A stretch of 64,000 nt of DNA from Amoebidium appalachense (GCA_963693365.1 CAVNZM010000009.1:5462245-5526244); one strand, 5' to 3'; positions 1 to 29,895 are shown, counted from the first letter of the stretch. Numbers and translations are program-made. Notes: generated by a model not told the origin, from the sequence alone.

Positions 1-379
1 TGAGCAAAGCGAGGTGTACGAGGAAAAAGGGAGGGTTATGCGGGACCCAATAAGCAGTTTTCCAGCCGGGCGCCACCCTTCCAAGTTTGTGCCAGCTCCT
101 GATTGGTTCAAGAAAAATAACCCGTTTATTTTCTTTAAAAAGGAAAACAAAGCACTACACCTGGCAGAGGTATGTTATAGCTTCTTAGTATTGAATATAT
201 ATTGTTTGCAGTACTTCGAATATTATCAGCCTAAGTATTAAGGAATGAACTTGTCTGGTAGTAGTTGAGCCACGTAGTTGAGGCTCTGAGCAAAGCCATG
301 TGAGCCATTTCCTATGACTCTTCATCCTATGAGATCTGGGAGCCTCCAAATGGCTATATATCACGCCAGTAGTTAACCA

Positions 380-700
380 TTTATTGTCATTAGCCCAAAA
401 TAGCTTAAGCGATCAATGGCCTTACCGCGTGTTCAGCAGGTGCCCACTCCGTCCATGGAGCAGAGTAAAAAAAAAAAAAGGTTGCAGTCCCATTGCAAAC
501 TGTTCCAGTTGCTTTTAACAGGTATATGTAATCTACTGCGTATCATCCCCTCTGCAGGCCAGAACATTATTTTTTTTGGGTACTCAACGTGAACGAACGA
601 GCTGATATCAAGCCGCAACGAAAAAAAGCCTGCTATAATGGCGTTTACGCTAAATTCAATTACACTCATTAGTGCCCCATTTATCATTGGCTAACGCACT
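380..700 (+). pseudogene. Degenerate LTR-retrotransposon (Ty3/gypsy-like) integrase remnant
   Basis: At ~532-560 the sequence reads STAYHP then, after a frameshift, SAGQ (gypsy integrase STAYHPQxxGQ). At ~628-690 it reads PAIMAFTLNS..SAPF, resembling LPxxxFAYNxxxxSPF. Stops and frameshifts are present, and the region is AT-richer than host exons. Confidence 0.3.
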
Positions 701-2100
701 AACAATCTGGATCCCCCAAGATCTAATGGTGTCATCAGTCTGTCAGCGTTTACTAAAAGCAGTTTTTTTGTCTTTATATTATTAGCAATTTCGAGTGTGA
801 CTTCACTTTCACTTCGATCTCTTAGCGGTCACGTCAACTTTTTTCCCCGATTCTTCACCATGGCAGGTATATAAAGGCTTTCGTTTCTTCTTTTTGTGGT
901 GGGAGGGAGTCCCACTCAGGGGAACGTGACTGCAGCGTGTGTGTGGTGTGGCCTGGTGTATTCCTACTGCTGTGAGAGTGTGGGGGCATCTCCCTTTCGC
1001 GGAGTTTCTCGCGATCGCTTGAGAAGTGGTTTCTTCAACGCCTGGTGGTCCACTGCAACCTATGGTAACTTCAACACGCTGTCTACGCTTCTACGCGACC
1101 TATTGGCGGTGGGCTGCTGCAACTTCTTCAGCTACTTCTGCGCTGCGTGAGTGGAGGGGCGGCTACTTGGTCGTCAGCATTCATTGCAAGTGACTGCCAG
1201 TCCTTAGCCTCCAGTCGTATGGCAATGACCGGGTTTGCTTGCATGCATTCTGTAATTGCGTTTTTCTGTGTGTCCTGCCACAACTAGGCCACCTTATCAG
1301 AGAGCTAGATGCAGTTTCTCCGGGTTATCTAGGGGCCGGGCCCGTTGCAATTGGGATTGTTTTTTAGCTCAGATTTGGTCTGCATTGCTCTTTTAGAGGC
1401 TGACTTGCTTGCTGTGTGCCTCGGTAGGTTTTGAGGGGGGCATGTTGGGAAGCAGCAGTAAGTAATGATGTCTTTTTGCGGAGTGTGGTCTGGTCAACAT
1501 CGATGCATATGACTAGCTGGAGCAAACTAGTTTCACGCATACACGTACACTTAAGGCTTTGCCCGCTGGTGTCCTTTGTCACTTGTCGCTTTATTTCTAT
1601 TACGTAGCTTTGGCTTTTCAGTTCTATTGGTGGTTATGTAGCCTGTGGCTGCACGTTGCCTTCATCAACCGATCAATAAAACCGAGTCAAAAGAAAAAGT
1701 TCATCATAGCTATATATATAGGCTACGTATAGTAGAATTGAAACCTGTACAATACACCAAAAAAAACAACCGATGCTATTACGGACGATGTCGTACGTAC
1801 GTACGTACCGTATATACATGTGGTCGTGCACTCGATCATGATCAATTCAATTCGATCGATTGATGCATGCATGCATATATATGGTGACACGTTATTTATT
1901 GATGGAATCCAAATGGATATCATGTCCATATGCCTATGAGTTCCCGGCACCAAGCCTTCAAGGCCAACAGTTTGATCCACCCAACAAGGTACATATGTTG
2001 AAAACGACGTTCCAGGCCGATGTACATCATATGTAGAGATATGAAGCTTAAGTTTTGTGTTTTGTTCTTTTCCATTACATACAAACCATATGAAATTATA

Positions 2101-2258
2101 CTAGGGTGTATGATTATACTAGGGTGTATGATTATCTAGGGTGTATGATTATTTAGTAGGGTGTATGATTATTTACTAGGGTGTATGATTATTTACCAGC
2201 TGCAGGGTTGTGATTATTTAAGTCGTTCTAGGGTGTATGATCATTTAAGTCGTTATCT
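2101..2258 (+). repeat. Stack of ~7 truncated copies of a repeat terminus (TAGGGTGTATGATTA...)
   Basis: Head-to-tail copies of variable length, all starting with the same motif that begins the 96-bp repeat at 2550. Confidence 0.8.
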
Positions 2259-2549
2259 ACCACACTTACCGATTTTGCAATTCTAACCCCTCCTTGTGAT
2301 ATACCTTGGAAATGTTTATTTTGGCGCTGTAACCTTTGTTTCCATTAATGTTTGTGCCACTTTTGTGCAGAACCTTTTTCTCGTTAACACTTAGATAGAT
2401 GTATTTATTTATCTCAGATTATTCCGTTAGAATATTAGAAGACTGGCTCATTTAGATAATCCTGATATTACGTCTATTGACTATCTGTATGTTTAACGTT
2501 TCTTTTGACTGGATTTATTCGACGGAAAGATATGTTTAACGAGTTTTCT

Positions 2550-2645
2550 AGGGTGTATGATTATTTAAGTCGTTATCTCCTCCGTATCCGAGAGTGAGGT
2601 CTTTTGTATTTTCTTCTCCGAGATACCGGTGATATCTCGATGGCT
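2550..2645 (+). repeat. 96-bp repeat, left copy (inverted partner at 19562-19657)
   Basis: AGGGTGTATGATTAT...TCTCGATGGCT matches the reverse complement of 19562-19657 with ~6 mismatches by eye. 2499-2534 also matches ~19515-19550 inverted. Confidence 0.9.
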
Positions 2646-3990
2646 AGCGCTTCTATTTTGCTGAGCATATCAATAAAGTCATTACATATAAAAAAAGAAA
2701 TTTCATTTTATTCTTGGACGACCCACCTTGAAGGTGGAGGGTTTTTGGGGATTCAAGCTATGACAGCTTCTGAGGCATACCTGCCATATTTGGCCTAAAT
2801 GCACATTAATGTTCCAGGGACGAGCATAACTTTCTGCTGCAGACAAAGTATTTGATTGGCCCGAGGAAATCAGACGCTGTGCAGTGTGCACCGTGCACCG
2901 TCACGTGGCTGCTCCTCACCTGCCAATGTTGCGCCATCGCTGCCGCACTCAGAACACTACTGTAGTACGGTTAGCACTTGTTGGCACACAAACACACGGG
3001 TGTACACATCGATATCATGGAGATATGTATGTAGGCTACAAATGTCAGCTGCCCCCCTATTTAGGGTACCGCCGGACATTGAACACTGTGTGGCGTCCAA
3101 CAGCCTGCCAGGTGGAATTCCCGGGGCTCAACGCAACAAGTACTAGTACTCGCCGTGTTACATTTGAACACACACACGTGCACCTTGCCGGCCAGCCAAG
3201 TATCGCTTAGTGTGGCTTCACTGACCCAACCAAACACGGGGTCGACGGTGCCGGTGCGACTATATATATATTAATATTAGTGACAGAAATTTGGCTAATA
3301 TACATAATAGGCGCCTTTCCGGAACCACGCCCCTCGTCGGCCCTTGTTCTCACCGTGCATGCCTGCCCCCTCTTCGAGCTCCTCCCCCCCCCCCCCTCCC
3401 CCCCCTCCCCCCTTTCCCTCCCCCGCCCCCCCCCCTCCCCACCCACCGTGACACGAACACCCGCACATGTACACGTGCACACACAGGTGTACACACACAC
3501 ATGTGTCCTCCGGCCCGGGCTACTCTGTGACTCTGACCCTTTATGAACTGCCTTGAATTGATTGGGTCGCACGTGTACATACACACGTGGCTGGCCTGCG
3601 CAGCTGCAGCAGCACTGGCACTCGGCCTTCCACTTCAATTCGGCCTGGACACCCTGCAAGAGTACTTCTTGGTCCAAGCCGGTGGCGATTTATTTGTGGC
3701 CCAGCATCGATTGGCAAGAGCACAAGCACTGAAACTATCTGAGCTGCTATCATGATTTTAGGAAAATTGCAATTGTTGACAACCACCATTATTACTAGGA
3801 CTGTGCATTCACCGATGAAACGTGCATGGGCATGCACCGGTACGATACCCTGCCCGTCTCCGGCACGGGGCCTGATGCAGGCAAGCCAACTGCCTTTTCA
3901 TTCAGCCCGCCCACCAGTGCCACCCAACAGTGCACGACCACCACGGCTGCACAGTCACACCCAATTACTGATCATTACTGGCCGTGCCAC

Positions 3991-19132
<15,142 letters not shown>

Positions 19133-19561
19133 CGTCAAAGAAGCAGCCCGGACCACCCCCCGTTCACACAGCCCTGTCCACACAGACTGATGTTTGAAGT
19201 CTGCGAGTCGATGAGCCATGTGGCCTGGCAGCAATCCCCATAGAACATACGCGGACCATTGATATGGTTGGGTAGTAACCAGCGTCCGCAATTTTTTCTT
19301 TTATAATGACTTTATTGTTATACTCAGTTACTGGATAACTCGTGAAGTTTTTATTGTCTTCTCCGTATGCCGTGCCTACCACCTACTGAGGCGGTGTCTC
19401 CTTTTTTTTTTTTTTTCTTTTTTTTTTTTTTCTTAAAAGGGCCGCCTAAGTAGATGTTAAAACGTCGCACGTGCGGCAACACATCAGTACGTGTTAGATG
19501 CCGTGCATACTTGCATATCTTTCCGTTGAATAAATCCAGTCAAAAGAAAAAGCAAAATAGG

Positions 19562-19657
19562 AGCCATCGAGATATAACCGATATCTCGGAGAAGAAAACA
19601 CAAAAGCCCTCACTCTCGGATACGGAGGAGATAACGACTTGCATAATCATACACCCT
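19562..19657 (-). repeat. 96-bp repeat, right copy (inverted relative to 2550-2645)
   Basis: Reverse-complement match to 2550-2645. Confidence 0.9.
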
Positions 19658-20162
19658 TTGAGTCTCGAGATAAGATACCCACTAGCCAGACACTTGCAAC
19701 CATGGTTGACTATATCGATTTATGTGTGAACCATGTTTAATTGCAGTGAAATGTCGACACCAATATCTGCAGAGGATGCATAGAACGCAGCCAGCCTGCC
19801 AGGCAGGTTTTCTGGGTTCTGAAAAATTGCGCTAGGGGGTTATATTTACATCATGAAGCCAATCACTGAAAAGGGCGGGTTCTCAGAACCAATCATCGTC
19901 TTGCCCAGTTCGTATTGGCAAATAGAGTGTTGAATCTAATTTTCACCTAATTTGGTAGGCAGACTTACGCTACAGTACACAGACGGCACACTCGGACCGG
20001 CACCATGCACGGCGAAAAGCACACGCACGCACGCGCACACGTACACACAGTAACACAAACGTGCACATGCACATCAAGGTGACACTGGTACGTACATACA
20101 TAATATCATATACCCCGTAAGCGACAAGTGGGAACCAACCCCACAGGCGTCGGACCAAACCG

Positions 20163-23100
20163 ATGCCTAATTTATCCTTCTTCTTCTGGAATGCTCGGAC
20201 ACTGGGCCCCCAAAAGGGCCTCCCCCCCGGGACACTCGACGATAAAATCAGCTACATACAACAACAGACAAACAACCACACGTTTACAGTGATTTGCGAA
20301 ACACAGTTTAAAAACCACCACAAATTCAACTCTACATTGGTCGACACATCCACACACCCCGGTTACGCGAAAAACCGAGGCATTATTGTACTTGCCGCGC
20401 CACACGTGAGAGTGAAGTGCAAACCGGTAGCAAAAACGGAATTCTGGGTTTCCATAGAGTTTATTTCTAATGTTTTTACTTTTGTATATTACCCACCATC
20501 TATGTCGGTTGCCGAATTGACTCACGAGTTGTCACAGTTACCAATGTCCACTGTTATTTTAGGTGATTTTAACACGTGACTCCATCACACAGACACACTG
20601 CAGGTGAGTGTCGGGTACCCATCTAAGCCCCCGGAGCGCGCTATCCCTTTAGCAAGGTATTTCCAAGGTCACACTTTGCGGTTCTCTCGAATATCCCATG
20701 CCCACAACACCGACTGGGGAGTGAGTGGCCTTTTGGCCATCAACCATGTCAAAACTCTCTCTCCCTCCTAACCTCTCTAGGTCATCTGACCACTCTCCTA
20801 TCCTTTTCCTACCCAAGATCTCCCTTGATCTGCTCCCCCCTCCTCCTCCCACCTTTCGCCTCCGTCTACCCCAGCTCAAGTCACAGTGGGGTAGAGTTGA
20901 TGTATGTGTATGCTATGCAGCGAAACACCCTATATATATGCGCCTATTAGAATCTGCACAAGCCAGCCCAGATTCACATCTCGTACTAGATACATGCACT
21001 AACTTTATTGTTGATGATTTAATGGATCTCGGTGATTATGCTGGTGGTGGTAGGAAGGAATATCCCGATGCTCTCTTGTTACCAAACACCACTCCCGCTA
21101 GACTTAGGTGAGCCCCTGTCTCTAAAGGAAAGCTTGCGCCGGCTTGCTAGTATACGTACGAATCGATTTGGCCCCATTGCTCGTATTATTGGTGATACCA
21201 GGCTGGAGACCCCCTCATAGACTCTGATAAGTATTTCTCGGAACTGTTTAAATATAGGACCCCCGCTCAGAAACCTATTGTGTGGCCTGTAGACCCATCT
21301 ATCCCCATAGAATCGATCCTCCCCTTTTTCAGTCCCGATACCAAATGGTCTAGAGTGATATCTAGCTATAGCTCTAGTAAGTCTGGTGGACCTGATTGAC
21401 TTCCTGCTGGGGTTCTTAAAATCCTTGTTCCCTCTTACCCACAAAAGGAAAGTGATCGTGCTATTAAACCTGATCTTACTATTATGTTAAGCTCTCTTTT
21501 TTCTTGGTGTGTTAAATGTGGACATGTCCCGTCATCTTGGTTAGATACCTTAGTGATCCCCATAGTTAAGAAGGACTCTGAGGGGCCCATATCATCTTTT
21601 CGCCCCATCACACTAACCCACGTTGTTCGTAGATTCTTTGAAGCTTGCTTACTTAGGTTATTTGCACATCACCCTAGGTTTCAATATATTCTTCACATAC
21701 ACCCATGCCAATCCGCTTTTCGTAAGAACAATTCATGTTATGTTCAAATAATGGCACTGCACGATTCTATGCAAGTTGGTGCACGATATGTTGGCTTTAT
21801 TGATTGGAAGACTGCTTACGATTCTGTCTCCCCTGGTCTCCTATGGGAAAAGCTTGTTGCACGGGGTGCACCACACTGCATTGGTGTTCTGTTACAGGCA
21901 CTCTTGTCTCAAACCTATGGTAGAGCTGTGGTTAATGGGCATCTTTCATATGGCTTTGCTCGTACTAGAGGTCTCTTGCAGGGTTCATTGCTTAGCCCCT
22001 TTTTGTTTAGCCTATTTATATATGATTTGGCTGTCAAGATTTATGCCGAAAATGATGACCCTATTAATAACTTTCCGCCTGCACTTCTCTATGCTGATGA
22101 TCTGTCCCTCCTTGCCCGTACCCCTAGACGCCTGCAAAGATTGTTCGATGTAGTGTCAGAGTGGTGCAAGGCAAACCTTATGATCCTTAACATAGACAAA
22201 TGTGGTGTTGTTGTACCTGATATAGCTAACAATTTACACACATTTACATTATCATCTAAACCTGTACCTATAGTTCCAGAATACAAATATCTTGGTGTTC
22301 CGGTTAATTCTGTTGGTGTTATGTTTTCCTATATGGTCGAAAAATGGGTAGAGTTGGCTCGTAAGCGGTTAGCTTTCTTCTCGGCTAATATTTTTAAAGA
22401 CACACCCCTCCATCCTTCTATTAGACTTACATTTATCCGCACTTTTGTCGTCCCGGCATGTGAATATGGTTTACCCCTTCTCGCCGCTTGGATCAAGAAA
22501 GAGAGAACTAGAGCGCTTAAACCCTTGGCAAATTTCCTTGAAGCAGAAGTTGCCTCCTTTCTATCTAACAACTGTTGTAAACCTGGGCCTGTAACGCTCT
22601 CGATATATGGTCTGGTCCCAATAGCTGCTAGAGTATCCCATCTCGCGCTGAAATTCAATAAGCGCATAAGCCGCTTAAAGAAGTATTTGCCCTCCCACCC
22701 TCTCTTCTCTATCCGACCTGTCCCCTCCTCACCTCTCCCCTCTTTCCTTCCCTCTCTTTCTCCTTCTCCCCTGGGCGCAAATACAAATAAACCCCACAAA
22801 AGTGTGTGTGTGACTTTGGACTACCACCTACTTATTAAACATGTACACAATCACAAGATAATCACGCAATATAACAAATGGAAAAAGATACCACACGACA
22901 CTAGACCCGATGAAAGCAGACACCTTGAAAAACCAAGCCTTATGTCTCGTTTTACATATGTCGGACCGCCTTAACCATATTGCCAAATATGGCACTCGCA
23001 AATGTATAACACGTAAATACATATTACCTTCCTGTAGAACTGGTCTTTCTCTAGCTGATGGTATTATTGATCAATTACCACGCTTTTACTGTACACGAGC

Positions 23101-23377
23101 TATACAGTGGAGATCTAATACATAAGTATAAGGTGGCATCGTTTGCATGCCCAAACAACACACACACACACCAGTTTAAACGGTCATGTATCGCCAAATG
23201 CAGTTTGATAGACCACATAATACCGCAACACACACAGGTCACATTCACAACAGACACCCAGAAAGATAGCCTACCTGTAAATTACAACATCCTTGATTTT
23301 ATACTAAACACGCGTAACTACGACCTGTTTATTATAGGTATTGATTGGCTTGAGAAACACATCCCTACAAAATTCTA

Positions 23378-23460
<83 letters not shown>
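20163..23460 (+). mobile_element. Decayed non-LTR retrotransposon (APE endonuclease + reverse transcriptase) ending in (CA)n
   Basis: APE motifs: FWNAR, VICET, ILGDFN, SDHSPI. RT motifs: IPIVKK, FRPITL, QSAFR, FIDWKTAYDSV, GLLQGSLLSP, LLYADD, YKYLGV. There is a C-terminal Cys/His patch. The frame is broken by stops and frameshifts, and the final stop at 23378 is followed directly by ~40 CA units. Confidence 0.93.
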
Positions 23461-23461
<1 letters not shown>

Positions 23462-23894
23462 CCAGCTGATACCGAGTGTCCCAGGGGCCCTATTTTGACA
23501 ATGAAGATGGCGCCAAATGCCCCTATAAGCTTATACCAGTATTTCTCATCTCTTTATTCACCAACCTTTTTCCTAAAGCACCAAACCTCAGGCAGGCTTT
23601 TTCTAAGTAGAGTTGAGTCTTACCTTCGTTTTTACAGGGCCGATTGTAGAATGTGGCCCAGATTCCATGTCAAACTATTGATCCATTGACCACATTCCTC
23701 CTAATGACTCCCCACATTCTTTCCTCGATCCGCCGGCGGCTCCCCCTAGATTAACCATATGGCCAATACTAGACACCAATCAGTGAATTTGGTGAAGGTG
23801 CCAATACCACCACATGTCGGTGTCCAAGTTGATGATCATTCTACAGGCTGATATTAGTCACTTTCGGGTGAATCCCCTCCTGGGTGGTGGTGCC

Positions 23895-23927
<33 letters not shown>

Positions 23928-24060
23928 AGGTAGCGTACGGTTGTGTACAGCTTAAAGAAAGCGGTGGTTGGTTGTGGTAGTGCAAGAAAGAGAGGGACTA
24001 GAAACGTAAGAGAGGAAGTAAGAGAGAAGAAAGTGTCCAAAAGCTATATACGACAACATG

Positions 24061-24098
<38 letters not shown>

Positions 24099-24504
24099 AC
24101 ACACACACACAAAAAAAAAACAAAAAAAAACTAACCCCACCCCCCCTCTCTTCCCCGGTGTCTCATGGCCTGCACCAATGATCCATTACAGCTGTCCAGT
24201 GTAGTGTGTGTAATTCTGCAAACCCCCCTCCCCCCCCCCCCCCCCCTCTCCCCCTCCTCCTCCTCGGTGCCACTGCTACTTTTTCGGCTTACTTTTGCTT
24301 CCCTTGGGTCTACCAACACCCCTATGGCCCCTGTTTTGCACATCAGCCTCCCTCTCGTGCCGTGCAATCAGAAGCTTGAGTTTGCTTATGTTCTCGTTTC
24401 CCGTTAGCTTGATTCCGTACCCCACCACTCGTTGGAAAGTGTGGCTTTGTTTTCCTTCTGCGGGCGGGTTTGTGTGCTGGGTGCATTGCTGAGTTAATAT
24501 CTTA

Positions 24505-24539
<35 letters not shown>

Positions 24540-24667
24540 CCCACCCGCCAGCCCGCCCACCCACCCGCCCCGCCCGCCCGCCCCCGGTCCTGTGGGTCCT
24601 ACTTCTGGGCTGCGGAGGTTTTTTATTTTTATATTTATTTTTATATTTATTTTTATTTACTCTTTTT

Positions 24668-24709
<42 letters not shown>

Positions 24710-24778
24710 ACACACACCGTGCACCGTGACACGGAGGCACGGACACACACACCCACACCCACATTGTGATACACGCGT

Positions 24779-24826
<48 letters not shown>

Positions 24827-25370
24827 AGTGACACACGAGGACAAAATCCAAGTGAACACACAGACATGTGCACACATTCCCACCCTCCCCCCCCCCCCCC
24901 CCCCCCCCCCCCCCCACAAAAACAAAAAACAAAAAACAAAAAACGTTCCGCCCGTAAAAAGGACCCACAGGGCAGGGGGGAAAGGGGGAGGGAGGGACTC
25001 CGGCAGGGAAGGGGGGAGGTTGGGGGGAGACGCACACACACACCGTGCACCGCCACACGGATACACGCACAAACACAATACATACATACATATATAGTAT
25101 ATATATATATATATATATATATAGTATATATATACTATATGATATATATAGTATATATACTATATATATATAGTGTATATATATATATAACACCCAAAAA
25201 AAAAAAAAAAAGTGGCCCTGGGCCACTCCAAACTTTCCGAAAATTAAAGAAAAAAGGTACACGAATGCGTGTGCGTGTGTGTGCGCGCACACACGGTGTG
25301 TTTGTGTGTGTATACGTGCGTGTGTGTCTGAGTGGGTGGGTGTCTGAGTGTGTAAATGTGTGTATGTGTA

Positions 25371-25512
<142 letters not shown>

Positions 25513-26651
25513 ACGTGTGCGTGCTACGTGTGCGGGTGTGTTCCTTATGTGCGAGGTGAGGGCGGAGATTTTTTTGCTACCAGGGTCAGGGTACTAGCTA
25601 TCGTCAGGTGCTTAGGAAGAGTAAGACCCGGGCACATAAACCTGTAGTACAAATTGTACACCATATCCACACACCCACACAAACACCCACACAGACACAC
25701 ACCTGGGGGATTGATCGCTGTATGTGTCGTCATCATGCTCAACCGGCGCTGCAGCTGCGTTTTTGTAATTTTTTGCTGTTTATTCTCCACCCTTCATCAC
25801 AGCAAGCTTTTTTGTTGCTTGCGGAATCCTCTAGGCCGCCTCTTCACTTGGCCTTTAACTGCCCCATTTATAAATGCCTCACCCTCGGGCTCATCAGCCC
25901 CCTGCATGAAGTGGCGCGAAAAAGCCCGCACGCGCCAAAATATTTCCCCCGGCTCCCTAAGCTCGTGGTCCTATAATAAGATCTCATCTCGCCAGCACGC
26001 GGCCGTGTCAGCGGCTAGGCATCCCCCCCCCCCCCCCCCCCCCCCACCCACCCCCCCCCCTCCCCTCCCCCTCCCCTCCCCTCCCCCTTCCCCCCCCCCC
26101 CCCCCCCCCCACCACCTATGCCGCTGAGGGCCCACTGGTCTCCCCTCTCTCCACCCCTTGGAATCATATCACGAGAGCGCATTTACTTGTCGCTGAGCCT
26201 CACTGAGTGACGAAGACGATAGTGTCCCTGTCGAGAAACCCCACAGCCAAAACCTCGGGTACAAAACGGGATAAAATTACCTGTACAAAGGTCACTAAAA
26301 ACCTTGTGCACGCAGGTACGCACACGTCTACGGGTACACACAGCACACACGCGCAGCCGGCCACCCAGACGCGCGTACACACATCATAGACTGCCACAGT
26401 GTTAAGCAATATGCTCGGCACATACAATGCGTACACAAACACAATGCAAGTTCTCCCTCTTTTTCTCACTTACTCCTCGTATCCTCCCCCCCTCCCCTAA
26501 GAGTCTCTGGCACAAACAATGCATGCATATGGCATCACCAGCCACAGAAATACACAGCCACATACGTATCAATACACACCCACATGTCGTGGAAGGCACA
26601 TGAACGCCTGTGCCAGGGTAATGTGTATGCGCTATGAAAGAAAACTTCACC

Positions 26652-26736
<85 letters not shown>

Positions 26737-27216
26737 CCTCTTCGCTGGCACACACACATAAATTTATCAAGGCAGCAATGCCTACTACTGAGGGTATTGT
26801 GCGCACACACGTACATGCAGTCAAACATCCCCATCGTACTGCACATACACCCACCCACATGTACTTGGCGCACACAGGTGGTAGACGCACACACGCGCAT
26901 GCACATGTTGTGCATGGTAGCACTGCCAATTATTCAATATCATTGAAGTGCTGATCGGTCAGAACAAAGGGAAGAAGTCACCCGTTGGAAGTGGCGGTGG
27001 TGGGGAGAGGGTTGGGGAGGCTGGGGGAGGAGAAGGGAAAGGATAGGGAGAGGGGGGTGGAGGAGTGGGGGGAGAGGGGGGGGGAGAAAGAGGCGAGTCT
27101 CGAGGGCTCGAGGTGAGCAGCCGGGATTCGGAGGGAGCTGTACGTACGGACTCCCGGGGCCGGGGGAGGGGAGATCTATAATGATTGCATGCTACTGGTC
27201 AGCTTGGGAATCGACC

Positions 27217-27254
<38 letters not shown>

Positions 27255-27468
27255 GGGCAGGAAAGGACCTAACCATGCCCCTCGAGCAGGTGGGTTTCCT
27301 TGCCGATTCCCCCTCTCCGGATCCCCCCCCCCCCCATATATATAGTGAAGGGGAGGGGGAAAGGGGGGGGAGGGAGGGAGGGGGAGGAGGGAGGGACCAC
27401 CAGGGAGGACCTCAATAATGACTACAGTCCTGCCCACCTCCCCCTCCCCCCCCACCCCCCCCCCACCC

Positions 27469-27533
<65 letters not shown>

Positions 27534-27741
27534 TTCAAAAATTCCTTACGCTGACTGCTCGTGTCTTCATGATCATGATTTTCTGTCACTGTTCACATAG
27601 TCGGTCCCCTTAAAATTTTAAAAAAAATAGCTACTACACATTATTAAACGATGACACGTTCATCCAGAAGCAGCAAGCACAGCTGCTGACATATCAAAGT
27701 TTCACCACCATGGTTGTTTGAACTATGAACTGTTCATGGCC

Positions 27742-27785
<44 letters not shown>

Positions 27786-28396
27786 TGTGTACACGTGCGC
27801 ATAAGCCATGATATGTATCGTCCCCCTCCGGACCTGAGAGGCTCTGCCCCCCCCCCCCCCCCCCCCTCCCCCCCTCCTCGCCCCGCGGTCACAGTAAACA
27901 CTTGCGCAGTAGAACATCTCGCCTAGACACTCAAGAAACAGCCACTTGGCCTTGTTCGTTACATTTGGTTTTCTGTTTATTTTTGGCCTGTCTATGCCTA
28001 TTTTCTACAAAAGTCTGCTCTGTGCCGAATATCGTCACTAATAATAATACTCTTTAGTCAAACCCAGCTTCCGCTCGCATGACACCCCCTCCCCCCATCC
28101 CCCCCCTTCCCCCCCCCCCTTCGAGGTACATTGTGGTCAGGTGGTCTGAAAGGACTACCAGTCGCCTGTCTCTGTCTGCCTAAAAAAGTGCTAGAAGCTC
28201 GACAAGAACAGAGAACATACTAGTCATTCCTTCTAACCCAACACAATACATTCAGCGTGAACAACTAACTAATTAATTCTGAACTCAAAGAGTGCAAACT
28301 CGCAGTGCAAGACATTTCTTGTGTCCCCAGTTATAGGGCTCTTTGCTAATAGGGACACCAAGGGCCATCCCCACCCACCCATGCCCCACACACTGT

Positions 28397-28483
28397 CTAT
28401 GTTCCTCCCCGGCATCTGCTGCAGTAGCCACCGCCTGCCGCTGCACACTCCTGCAGTTGCACACACAGGTCAGCTTGTCCGTC

Positions 28484-28522
<39 letters not shown>

Positions 28523-29120
28523 CCCGGGCACCTACGGCATGGATGCAGCGGCGGCAGACCTTGCAACCCACCATGTTTGCTGTCCATGCCATGCCGCATG
28601 TGCATGCATCGTGCTGCTGCTGCTCATCCTCCGTGTCACTGGCATCATCCACTATGTCGATCTCCGCACTGCTCTCGCTGCCCTCTGGCCCCCCCTGCAG
28701 CACAACCCTGCCCCCCTGCCCGTGCCCGGCCACAGTCACGTGACCCCGCCTGTCTGCCTGGCTGCCCCCTGCCCTGCGTCCGCCTGCCCCCATATCAGCT
28801 ACCCCCCTGCCCTCACCCCTCACCCCCCCACCCCCATGGCCCCACAGCACATGCCAGCAGGCCCTTACCTTGCTGGGGCCTACGGGCCACCTCATGGGGC
28901 CCATCCTCGCCCATATCCATGTCAAACACCCTGCCACCAGCCAGTCAGCACCCGCCTGTCTACCCCTCCTGTTCTCCCCCCCCCCCTCGCCCCTCCCCCC
29001 TCACCCGTCGTCTCTGTCGTCTGTGTGGTCCACCGCCATGGGTGCTGGGCTAAAGTCCATGCCTACTGAGGACATGCTGTGCCGCCGCACACTGCACACC
29101 CTCCCGTTACTGCTGATATT

Positions 29121-29153
<33 letters not shown>

Positions 29154-29503
29154 ACCTCTCGCAGAAGTTAGTGAACAGTCCGACCTCAGCAGCCAGCTCC
29201 AGGTCCTCTGCTGCCTCACTGCGGCTGATCTTGCGCTGCCGTCCCACCGTCTCCTCCCCATCCCCCCTAGGGCCCAGCCAGTCAGGTCAGCCCATCCCCT
29301 CACAGTGTGCCGATAGGCACTTTGTCTACCAGCCATCCCGCAGGCAGCAGCAGCCCATGGCCACACGGTGTCATAAGAAGCTCCTAACAACAGGGGGCCC
29401 AGCCATGCAGGGCTGGTAGGAAGTAACAAATGTTTCTCGGCCACACCATAGCATCTGGTACCATGTCACAATTATCCTTCACACAGTACACGTCCCCTTA
29501 ACC

Positions 29504-29534
<31 letters not shown>

Positions 29535-29859
29535 AAACCTGGTCATACCCACACCCACACCCCCCCCCATACACTCCGCTACCCTTCCACCAAAAGGGAA
29601 CATGAACACTAAGTGGGTGATTGTGACCAAGACACGGCATGGGGGAGGGGTGCCCTACCGTGCTGCACGTTTTCTCTCGTGGGCGGCAAAGACCGCCTGT
29701 GTGGGCAGGCTCTGGCTCAGCAACCTGCCCCCCTGTCAGCACCCACCCACCCACACCCAGCACCATGCCCCACCTGACAACACACACCACCCACGACGAC
29801 ACATCCTTCCATGTGCCACGTCTCCTCTGCTCCCAACCCCTTCACCTCGCCAACGAAAC

Positions 29860-29895
<36 letters not shown>

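Noticed and set aside
2850-3760. Small gene or transposase remnant downstream of homoaconitase
   Set aside because: The composition looks coding, but there is no recognisable motif or consistent frame.
20115-20160. tRNA or SINE-like B-box fragments (also ~27200 and ~33870)
   Set aside because: Only partial GTTCGA-like motifs; I could not fold a cloverleaf or find an A-box.
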